Assembly (NCBI GenBank): GCA_963757685.1
Contig: CAVWSW010000006.1
Location: forward strand, 359,083 to 423,082
Length of the DNA: 64,000 nt
From: an uncultured Actinomycetota bacterium
Lineage (GTDB): Bacteria; Actinomycetota; Actinomycetes; Actinomycetales; Demequinaceae
Direction of reading: 5' to 3'
Both the position numbers and the translations under genes were made by a program. Position 1 is the first letter of the stretch, and every line of letters begins with the position of its first letter. Positions 21,801 to 33,335 of this stretch are shown here, piece by piece. The notes beneath the pieces were generated by a model. It saw nothing but the letters and a program-made list of their open reading frames with translations. It made no database searches and had not been told where the DNA came from.

Positions 21801-21807
21801 TAGCCAC
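15805..21807 (-). CDS. 2000-aa surface protein: N-terminal TM, probable propeller-like region, tandem Ig-like (Big_9/cadherin-like) repeats, fibronectin type III domain, Pro/Thr tail
   Basis: Repeated P.A..D...V...VL.ND.D..GD.L and F.Y.V.DG units; Fn3 motif GLTNGVKHTYSAKAVNSVGES. Confidence 0.88.
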   Translation of the reverse strand: MATPDAPRTRVGGARGHAVTWAAVVAVAATVAIGAALAPGFDQREVTPDDPSVWAMQSVAGQRFGRVNTVVGEVDTVKNVSSPTDLVQSGTALLVFSNNLGSVTTVDTAKPTDIDSAGSQSTVATPSGTDAMVHSGDFVAYLTGDGAVTAGRVSDGSATSPTRLDPFANTEVAAGQERPEFRAVAVAMSASGKVAAYSAEDGSVMRASAATGLIDGIDTVVDGPQGEGVQLAWVGSAWVLFDPASGRVWRSGADGPSDSGVDASGRLQQSSEEGSAALIADSFGIVEVSLSDGSATRTFGAANVVLGEPASPAIDPATGDLVGAWLPAGSGPGTLWRSSGERTSLDYGGLTLGDQRSPQLRSNGSRMILNEGRSGWVWSVPSGQLVASSQQWDPNQETPTTDDDENVASEVTDPRAPVAENDDFGVRAGRQVILPVLLNDHDANKDVLTVWQPDIGNLDPAFGTLSLADDDQSLVIAVSPNAKGSVRFTYVITDGTTSDGLLSTPATVTLTVKDPSVNTPPEWCGVAGCLAEWPAPQVNPGGTVSADVLTGWVDPEGDPIYLAGATTTFATGVVAASPEGRLVFQHTNANAGGGGVAPVSVTVSDSRGAQASKELTITVLGEPELRVRDLSLTVTAGVTATVDVGKHVSGAVGPLQVSEASLAPGDDASVAVAQSVIGFTFSATEPGSHLVDFKVTDGTSEARGVARITVIAPQEERLTTVPLTAFVRSKEDATVDVLKAVSNPGNRVLLISDVSVAPAAGAQLSSDVIGFSALRVSGATADGRPGPLGVVTYTVSDGSGRPEMTVTGEVTVVLLATTTPTPPLAVDDSITVRVGRQANVDVLTNDIGPAGNVIALDPGSVVNVQNAGLVFAAGSKLRYLAPATPGTYVVTYDAYVLGYPGQRATARLVVTVLDSQTNAPPTPPNLTGRVASGESVTLAFDGTRLDPDGDRVSLRRVETQPPSGIAAVTADGRGIAYTSEPGFSGQVSFTYSVIDARGETAIGTATIGVIAADLEARPVTYTDYVQAQAGAGRTVVVLPMANDFDLGGGELSLVDVSPDAPLESDEYRDLAGRVVSVVDGTVTLSVGDQPGTFVYVYTVRNEAGSTAVSRIILKAVREPVVDVPLVADTVLALDTREALPMGVDVLTGKVSWASGDPAGLTLSLWGDQPDMAVDGWVISGPLSDESRIVPFQVTGLNFAGEEVTSYGFLRIPGLDESRLSLKETFVQPQVEEGSSVTFDLGPLVAIPADAELIVDPSDVTASGVRKGSTCELVSGTMIKYTASDGAPYSDICRISARVSDQDRFTLVPVPITIVPRAPSPILKSASLEISPGTTTTFDLAGMVTWPKGAAPRAVDIAFEYQGQQFVVTRVGTVLTITAEDRSVPGNVDGATVSLPSDPDVPAVSLSFTVGPAPSTFPKAATISRQCSAASGNSCTVTVIGGPGEVNPLPETPLEVASVIPDPNCPDVNFSVSGTSAITASWTNDTAGSTCTATYTVKDAQGRISAGDRVGTLTIDLQGFPAAPSEVRQVAFGNGSLTLSVSSGTGVSYPAITGYAIYEGATKVQTCGPDGVCAPITGLTNGVKHTYSAKAVNSVGESRGSVTVVAWSYAPPAAPENITWLPTRTTTGEGKRIDIELDVTDANTSALQITSASGETKVVSISGKGHVSIPAYFLGANDTQLVTVTPITNLDLPAIAGAQAQGAAVSFSANGVGAPTIGTIGTEVLGGAMSAQLTVSVKTGGVGSETWVGTVSAGACSAMVQATGGTASLTVPVTANVSNKITVCARSLIGAVNYGSATRVDVTIYPWIDPGAPIVTTGYQVASTCDGNGMWCSTDVTAPSISLLGMPLGAVAFFSFDGDTATTDFSTMPIGAPVSVNTFVCVVFDLLNTQCSTALATVSPVPGSAEYRTKVTVDACRVGEAPTLSVAASRSDWSATWTLRDVDDRITNDFTAMRTASVRVKFQGALQGIAQWTSDTTTCSGAPDPNPSVTPSPSPTPSPTP

Positions 21808-22911
21808 TTAGCGCCCCACAACCAGCAAGATGGTCAACACAATTCCAATGACGGCCGCACCACCGATGATGACGCCAATCAGGATGCCGCGCCCGATGCG
21901 GTCTCGCCGACCTTCGCTGCGGCTCTGGGTGCCAGTGCGCGGAAGCGGGTCAAGGACGTGTTGGCGCTGCGTTGCGACACTCACGGTCGAGTGAATGGGG
22001 GCGCCAGAGTGGTCGCCGGCGTAAGCAGAAGGCGCCCACTCTGCACTGGGCAGTTCGAGGGCCGTTATCGGCAAGCCCATCTCCCGTTCAACCGACTGGA
22101 GCGCCTCGCCAAACTCGCGCGCGGAGCCATAGCGGTCGTCGGGCAATCGGCGCAGGCCAGCCTCTAGTGCCGCCTCGAAGGCAGGCGGCGCATCCTCGCG
22201 ACCAGTTGGCACGTACTTGGCGCGCATGATGCGGCCGCGGAGTTGCTCATCCGAGTGGCGACCCCCTGGAATGTCGAACGGAGCGTGCTGGGCAGCGAGC
22301 GTGTACACCGTTGCGGCGAGCGCCCACACTTCGCTCGCGACCGTTCCCGAGCTGCGGCGGTCAACGACCTCTGGCGCACTCCACGGAGGCGACATCGCGA
22401 TCATGTCGTCTTCGCCCGTGACGGTCGCCGAGGCAACGCCAAAGTCGCTCAGCACCGGGTGACCAAACGTCGTGACGAGGATGTTGGAGGGCTTGATGTC
22501 TCGGTGCAGCATCCCTACTCGGTTCGCGGATTCCACGGCCGCGGCTATCTTCACACCAACCGAAAGGACTTCCGCGATGGGAATCTGTTCCGTCCGGTAT
22601 CGCGTCGCCATCGACGACGGGCAGTGCTCCATGACGAGGTAAGGGCGGCCATCCGGCGCCACTGAGGCCTCATACACCGTGAGGATCGCAGGGTGAGCGC
22701 TGAGGCCCGCCATGACGTCAGCCTCCGCCGCGAACGCGCGCGCGGCAGCGTCGTCCGTGATGGGGGTGAGCAAGACCTTTACCGCGACCACGCGGCGAGG
22801 CATGTTCTGCTGGTACAAAAAGACGTCGGCAAAGCCCCCCGAACCGAGCGGGCGCACGTATGTGTAGCCCGGCAGATTGGGGGGAGTCAGTGTTTTGCGA
22901 CGTGCGGCCAC
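21808..22911 (-). CDS. Hanks-type Ser/Thr protein kinase with C-terminal TM
   Basis: LGSGGFADV, VAVK, HRDIKPSN, DFG, APE; terminal hydrophobic helix; GGAGG RBS. Confidence 0.93.
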   Translation of the reverse strand: MAARRKTLTPPNLPGYTYVRPLGSGGFADVFLYQQNMPRRVVAVKVLLTPITDDAAARAFAAEADVMAGLSAHPAILTVYEASVAPDGRPYLVMEHCPSSMATRYRTEQIPIAEVLSVGVKIAAAVESANRVGMLHRDIKPSNILVTTFGHPVLSDFGVASATVTGEDDMIAMSPPWSAPEVVDRRSSGTVASEVWALAATVYTLAAQHAPFDIPGGRHSDEQLRGRIMRAKYVPTGREDAPPAFEAALEAGLRRLPDDRYGSAREFGEALQSVEREMGLPITALELPSAEWAPSAYAGDHSGAPIHSTVSVATQRQHVLDPLPRTGTQSRSEGRRDRIGRGILIGVIIGGAAVIGIVLTILLVVGR

Positions 22912-23046
22912 GGTCCTCCCTCAGGGCCAGTGTCGACGCTCCGGGCGACCTGGAGCGCTAGACGGAAAGACTAACTGAGCGCGCGCCAATCACACCTATG
23001 AGTGTGGCGACCTCCACACTCGTATAAACGCGGCGCAAATCCGACT

Positions 23047-25896
<2,850 letters not shown>

Positions 25897-25942
25897 TGGC
25901 CCATTGTGGCGCATCGTGCCGCGGAGTCATTCGCGCGGCGCG

Positions 25943-26119
25943 TCAGGTTTCGTCAACGACGGGGGCATCGGCCGCGTTTTTCTGAATCGACGCGATGGCG
26001 TCCTTGGCCGACTGCTTCTGGTTGTAGCCCTGGCTACTCGCGAGAATGTTGCCATTCGCCGCGACTACGCGAAAGCGGAATTCGCCCGCGGCATCCTGAT
26101 AGATCGTGAATTTCATCAT
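25943..26119 (-). CDS. YegP/DUF1508 (UPF0339) family small protein, 58 aa; absent from ORF track
   Basis: MMKFTIYQDAAGEFRFRVVAANGNILASSQGYNQKQSAKDAIASIQKNA; GGAG RBS. Confidence 0.85.
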   Translation of the reverse strand: MMKFTIYQDAAGEFRFRVVAANGNILASSQGYNQKQSAKDAIASIQKNAADAPVVDET

Positions 26120-26216
26120 TGCTCCAACTGTTGGCCCCTCGCCTTCGATGTTATGGCCACGCCGCGTGCCGCGCGCGGCGAGCGCGCGTCCACTTGCGGG
26201 CGGCTAACCTTGCGCC

Positions 26217-26648
26217 ATGGCCGAATGGGATCCAAAGTCTGGCAAGGTGCGCCCAACGTGGACCGTGCGCTTCAGCGCGTGGTCAATTTTCCTGGGATGT
26301 GTCATCGCCGCGGTGACCACTGCGGTGGTGCTGTTCGTGACGCTCATCACGGGTCCGGGGCTCGACGAGCTCGCGGACGCGGGCTCCGTAGCGCGCGGCG
26401 GCATCTTCCTCTTTGGGCTCATCCTGGTGATCTTCTTGCTCTTGGGACCGGTGCTCGCGTGGGGCCTTGGTTTCACCCTCCGGAGCAACACCAACCAGGG
26501 CGTTCACGTGCTCGCTTTCGCCGCGCTGGGGCTGTTCGTTGGGTTCATGATCGGCAACTTCGTTGGACTCGGTTCGATCGTCGCACCCGCCGCGGGCATC
26601 GGCGCCGCGGTTGGCCGCTGGGCTATCTCGAGCCAGGCGAAGATCTAG
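26217..26648 (+). CDS. Hypothetical membrane protein (about 4 TM)
   Basis: Hydrophobic helices; TAACCT-N6-ATG; host-like codon usage. Confidence 0.7.
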   Translation: MAEWDPKSGKVRPTWTVRFSAWSIFLGCVIAAVTTAVVLFVTLITGPGLDELADAGSVARGGIFLFGLILVIFLLLGPVLAWGLGFTLRSNTNQGVHVLAFAALGLFVGFMIGNFVGLGSIVAPAAGIGAAVGRWAISSQAKI

Positions 26649-26733
26649 CAGGACTGGCGCGCGCGGCTCGGGCCGCTAGATTCCGCGAGCGCCCGTGAGA
26701 GCTCAACCACGCGCGGCCCATTAACCTGAGTCC

Positions 26734-27702
26734 GTGAAGGTCATCATTCAGATCCCGTGCCTCAACGAGGAGGCGACGCTTCCCTTGGTGCTCGCCACCA
26801 TGCCAACCCACATCGATGGCGTCGACGAGATCGACATCGTCATCATCGACGACGGGTCAACGGACCGCACCGCGGAGGTGGCTCGAGAGCACGGCATCAC
26901 CCACATCGTGAAGCACACGCGCACGATGGGCCTTGCGCGGTCCTTCGCGGATGGTGTCGAATACGCGCTCGCGCATGGCGCGGATATCGTGGTCAACACC
27001 GACGGCGACAACCAGTACCCGCAAGAGCGCATCGGGGACCTTGTGGCCCCCATCCTCGCGGGCCGCGCGGACATCGTGATCGGCGATCGCCAGACCCAAT
27101 CCATCGCACACTTCTCATTCTTCAAGAAGTTCATGCAGCGCTTCGGCAGCTGGGTCGTCAATCGCGCGGCAGGCACCAAGTTGCCCGACGCTGCCTCCGG
27201 CTTTCGCGCCTACAGCAGGTACTCGCTCTATCGGCTGAACATCGTGACGCAGTTCAGCTATTGCATGGAGACCATCATCCAGGCGGGCAACAAGCGCCTC
27301 GCGATCGAGTCGGTGCCCATCACCACCAACCCTAAGACGCGAGAGTCCCGCCTGTTCAACAACGTCTTTGAGCACATGATGAAGTCCGGGCAGGCGATTA
27401 TGCGCTCGTACATCATGTTCAAGCCGTGGTCCATCTTCCGCGCGCTGGCGTTTACGTTCGGGATCCTTGGCCTGATCCCGTTCATCCGCTTCGCGATCGT
27501 GCGCCTTCAGGGAGACGACGGCAACCACATTCAGTCGCTCATCCTTGGCGGCGCGCTCATCTCCGGAGCGCTGCTCGCGGTCGCCCTCGGCGTGCTATCC
27601 GACCTCCTGAAGACCAACCGCATCCTCATGGAGGATCAGCTGGAGCGCCTCAAGGTGCAGCAGTACGGTCCGGCACGCTCGCCGGTCGACCGCGTCCAAT
27701 AG
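26734..27702 (+). CDS. GT2 glycosyltransferase (DPM/GtrB-like) with two C-terminal TMs
   Basis: IPCLNEE, IDDGSTDRT, TDGDNQY, DAASGFRAY. Confidence 0.92.
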   Translation: MKVIIQIPCLNEEATLPLVLATMPTHIDGVDEIDIVIIDDGSTDRTAEVAREHGITHIVKHTRTMGLARSFADGVEYALAHGADIVVNTDGDNQYPQERIGDLVAPILAGRADIVIGDRQTQSIAHFSFFKKFMQRFGSWVVNRAAGTKLPDAASGFRAYSRYSLYRLNIVTQFSYCMETIIQAGNKRLAIESVPITTNPKTRESRLFNNVFEHMMKSGQAIMRSYIMFKPWSIFRALAFTFGILGLIPFIRFAIVRLQGDDGNHIQSLILGGALISGALLAVALGVLSDLLKTNRILMEDQLERLKVQQYGPARSPVDRVQ

Positions 27703-28574
27703 CGACGCCGATACCAAAGCCGATTGCGTCTGCCGCGGTCATCAGGAAGCGGCTCACGAGCGCCAAGCTCAGCGCTTGCGGACCGGTGGCCACCGAGCCG
27801 AGCAACACCACGAGCGCGGCCTCTCGCGCGCCAGCGCCCGCGGGGGCGATCACTACGAGGAAGCCCACGAGCCACGCAAGCGCGAACGCGCCCGTTGCGA
27901 TGACGTAATTGGCCTTGGGGCCCGGCGCGATCTCGCGCAGCAGCAGCCACGCCTGCAGCCCAAGCAGCAGCCACATGAGCACCGACCACGCGGCGGAGCC
28001 AAGCAGCGCACCCCCTGAAACATGCGCCGGCTCCTCCGTGCGCTTGGTCAGGCGGAAAGCGAGCGCCACGAGTCGCCGCAGCACGGGAGGCGTGAGCGCC
28101 GCAACCAAAGCCACGGCAACCGGGAGGATCCACCAATAGGTGGCAACGGCGTCGGGCACCGTGAGCGCAATGCCAACCACGCCAACGATCGCCGCCGTCA
28201 CCACTCCAACGACCATCGCCACGATCGAGCCGGTCATGGCGCGCGCTCGCGAGACGCCGTGGTCGCGAGCGAACTCCGCTTGGGCGAGCACGGGCCACAC
28301 GGATCCGGGCACGTATTTGCCCACTTGGCTCAGCAAGAACACGCGCAGGGCCGACGGCACGCTCGTCTTGAGCCCAACACTCACCATGACCTGGCGCCAG
28401 GACAGCCCGTTCACCCCAAGCGCGACGGTGGCGGCGAGCCCGGCGAGCACCACGTGTTTGCCAGGAAAGTGAGCGCAGGGCCTCTGTGACCTCGTCCCAC
28501 TCCTTGATGACCACCACGACGAGCAGGCCAAGCGCGACGGCGAGAAAGCCCCAGCGCAAGAGGTTCTTCTTCAC
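27650..28574 (-). CDS. Lysylphosphatidylglycerol-synthase TM/flippase-like protein (one frameshift near 28460)
   Basis: MKKNLLRWGFL start in one frame; SQVGKYVPGSVW and PAGAGAREAAL in another; GTGA overlap with upstream gene. Confidence 0.75.
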
Positions 28575-29400
28575 GCGTTCACCGAGGCCCATGTGCGAGC
28601 GATGCCGTCGGCAAGGGACGTGGTCGCCTGCCAGCCCAGTTGCTTGTGCGCCCGGGACACGTCCAGCCAATTCGCCGCAGGATCAATGCCACGAGCGGGT
28701 TCGCGCATAACTTCCACCTCGTGCGGCGCCACTGTCACGCGTATCACCTCGAGCAACTGCGCGAGGCTCGTGCCCACGCCGGATCCGAGGTTGATGATTC
28801 CTTGTGGCGCGACATCGGCTGCGCACTCAATGGCATCCGCGACATCGGCGATGTACACAAAGTCCCTCACCGCGCCGCCATCGCCAAACAAGGTGATGGG
28901 GGAACCGGCTCGGATGGCATGTAGCCAGAGGCCCACCACCCCCTGCGCTCCGGCACTGACCGGGACCATACGGATTTGCTACGCGCAACACAGTGTGTGC
29001 GAGCCCCGACTCGGCGAGCAGCCTTTCTTGCGCGAGCTTGATGCGGCCGTACTCGTTCGCCGGGTGGGGCTCATCGCTCTCGTGGAACGGTGCCCGCGCG
29101 GGTGGGCCGTAGACCGCTCCTCCCGAGCTCAGCAGCACAACGTGAGGCGGACGTTTGGTGCGCCGTACCGTGGCGACCAGCTCCTCGAGATCTGCGATGG
29201 CGCTTCCGCGCGCGTGGTGTTCGCAGGCGTAACGTGACCCGCCGCCCACACCACCGCGCGCGTAGCGCGACCGCCGTCACGTACGGCTGGTCTCTGGTGA
29301 AGCGGCCAACGCGCTCGCCGCGGCGCTCGAGTTCGGCAGCTGTCGCCGAGCCAAGGAAACCTCGCGAGCCGACGACGGCCACGTCATACACTGTGCTCAC
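28571..29400 (-). CDS. NAD-dependent epimerase/dehydratase (frameshifted)
   Basis: GSRGFLG, SSGGAVYG, YGRIK, R.ANPYGPGQ and RDFVYIADVA spread over three frames. Confidence 0.8.
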
Positions 29401-29431
29401 TCGCCCCGCTCCTCGCATTGGATTGAATTCT

Positions 29432-30595
29432 ATGGCCAGACCGCGCGCGCTCGTCGTGGCGACCACCTACCCCGCGCGCCCCGGCGACGGCACCCCTGCG
29501 TTCGTCGCAGACCTCTGCGGCGAACTCGCGCTCGAGTTCGACGTCACGGTACTGGTGCCACGCGTTGCCGGGGCTCCCGCGCGCGAGGTATCGCCCGACG
29601 GCTCCCTCACCGTGGTTCGTCATCGCTACCTTCCGCGGCGCTTTGAGTCCGTAGCTGACGGGGCGATTCTCGAAAACGTGCGCGCTCGCAAGTCCGCGTT
29701 GCTGCAGGTGCCGTTCTTGGTTGCGTCGCAGTGGTTTGCCGTGCAGGAGGGCCGCGCGTTCCACGCGACCCGACGTCATTCACGCCCACTGGCTCATCCC
29801 CGCTGGCGTGTCCGCCCGCGCGCTCGGGCAGGCGGACCCCACTCGTGGTGACCACGCTCGGCGGGGATCTCTATGCGCTGCGCGGCCGGCTTCCCACGTG
29901 GCTCAAGCGTCGCGTCGTCGCGCGCCGCACGCGTCGTGACGGTCATGAACGAGGACATGGCAAACGTGGTGCGCTCGCTCGGCGGTGCGGACGTGCGCGT
30001 GATGCCCATGGGTGCGCGATTCTCCGTGGTGACGCCGGTTGCAGACGAAGGGCCGGTGCGCGTGCTCGCCGTGGGGCGGCTTGTCGAGAAGAAGGGGTTC
30101 GACGTGCTGCTTGCCGCTTTGGCGGAAGTTCCCGACGCTCGGCTCACCATCGTTGGCGACGGCCCGGATCGCGAAGCGCTGGTTGCGGCGGCCGCGGGCC
30201 TCGGCGAGCGCGTCACCTTCGCGGGCCAGCTTGGCCGCGAGGCCCTCGACGCCGCGTACGCGCACGCGGACATCGCGGTGTTCCCCTCGCGGCCCGCCGC
30301 ATCCGGGGACCAAGACGGCTTGCCCGTAGCCATGCTCGAGGCGATGGGGTCGGGACTTGCGGTGATCGCCTCCGACCTACCTGGGCTCAACGAGGCAGTC
30401 GTCGACGGCGAGTCAGGGATTCTCGTGGCTCCAGGCGACGCCGGCGCCCTTGCCGCCGCGCTAGGAGACCTTGCGGGAGAGGCTCCGCGGCGTCGGGCGC
30501 TAGGCGAGGCAGCAAAGGTGAGGGCGAGCGGCTACTCGGTGCAAGCAGTTGGCGCGGGTTACCGGGCGCTACTGCGAGAAGTCATAGGCCGCTAA
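29432..30595 (+). CDS. GT4 glycosyltransferase (frameshifted)
   Basis: TTYP, PDVIHAHW, VGRLVEKKGFD, DGLPVAMLEAM motifs across frames. Confidence 0.85.
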
Positions 30596-30606
30596 GGCGG
30601 GCGGCG

Positions 30607-30785
30607 TCCTGCGTGCGCCTGATGCCTCGCTTTCCCCCCGACGCGGCTCCTGCGTGCGCCTGACGCCTATCTCGTCTTCGCGCCACATCGTGGCGAGGCG
30701 CGGCGGGGCGTGGCGAGGAGTCACGAGGCGTGACGCGCACGCAGGAGTTGGGCCCGCCAGAAAACGAGGCGTGACGCGCACGCAG
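30607..30785. repeat. Fold-back (REPIN/BIME-like) element: two direct units plus two inverted units, 41-bp period
   Basis: TCCTGCGTGCGCCTGA(T/C)GCCT at 30607 and 30648; GAGGCGTGACGCGCACGCAG ending 30744 and 30785. Confidence 0.85.
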
Positions 30786-30803
30786 CGCGCGCCGCCAGAC
30801 CGG

Positions 30804-31175
30804 CTACTGGTCCCTACCCCGCAACTTGTCGATCTGCCTGCGCTCACGCTTGGTTGGCCGCCCAGCGCCGCGATCGCGCTTGGCAACAGGCGGCGCCGCG
30901 GCTGCGCGCACCGCAGGGGCCGGCGTGTGATCGAGGTAAGCCGTGGCGGCCTCATCCGCGCCAACGCGCTTTGACCGCGTCTGCGTCACCTCAAGCTGGC
31001 GATCGAGCCCCGCCTTGCGCACCGACACGCGATCGCCAACGTGTACCGGAGTGGCAGCCTTCGCGTGCTCGCCGTTGACTCGCACGTGCCCCGCGCGGCA
31101 CGCGGCTGTCGCCTGGGTGCGGCTCTTGTAGATGCGAACCGACCAGAGCCACGCGTCAACGCGGGCCGAGGCCAC
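30804..31175 (-). CDS. RNA-binding S4 domain protein (Hsp15/HslR-like)
   Basis: RVDAWLWSVRIYKSR..A..AC, GAGRPTKRERR. Confidence 0.9.
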   Translation of the reverse strand: MASARVDAWLWSVRIYKSRTQATAACRAGHVRVNGEHAKAATPVHVGDRVSVRKAGLDRQLEVTQTRSKRVGADEAATAYLDHTPAPAVRAAAAPPVAKRDRGAGRPTKRERRQIDKLRGRDQ

Positions 31176-31177
31176 AG

Positions 31178-33039
<1,862 letters not shown>

Positions 33040-33098
33040 GCGGGTAAGTCTGCCCCATCCGTTCGCGCCGTGAGCGCTCCGCGCCTGTCTCGTCGCAC

Positions 33099-33193
33099 GC
33101 CCTCCTCCACACAAAGGCTGTTGCGTCCGCACCTTTTGCCCCAGTTCACACCTTTTTCCGGGGTGTCCCGGGCGAATAAGTGTGGAGGAGGGC
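33099..33193. repeat. 95-bp element bounded by perfect 14-bp inverted repeats
   Basis: GCCCTCCTCCACAC (33099-33112) and GTGTGGAGGAGGGC (33180-33193). Confidence 0.75.
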
Positions 33194-33313
33194 CGCGGCT
33201 GGATGGGAGTTCGGCCGTGTGGACGTGGCACCTTGTGGACGGGGCGCAAAGAAGTTGCGTCGGAGACGCGCGCCCGAATGTTAAATCTGTGCGACGAAAT
33301 CGTTTGGGCACCC

Positions 33314-33329
33314 TGGAAGCGCATACATT
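33314..33329 (+). promoter_or_regulatory. LacI-family-like operator overlapping the -10 box of glgP
   Basis: TGGAAGCGCATACA (compare TGnAAGCGCTTnCA) overlapping TACATT-N6-GTG. Confidence 0.5.
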
Positions 33330-33335
33330 GTCTCC

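Noticed and set aside
15805-22911. Stop-codon read-through fusing kinase to giant protein
   Set aside because: In frame, but two successive TMs would put the Ig/Fn3 region in the cytoplasm; TAA is a poor read-through codon
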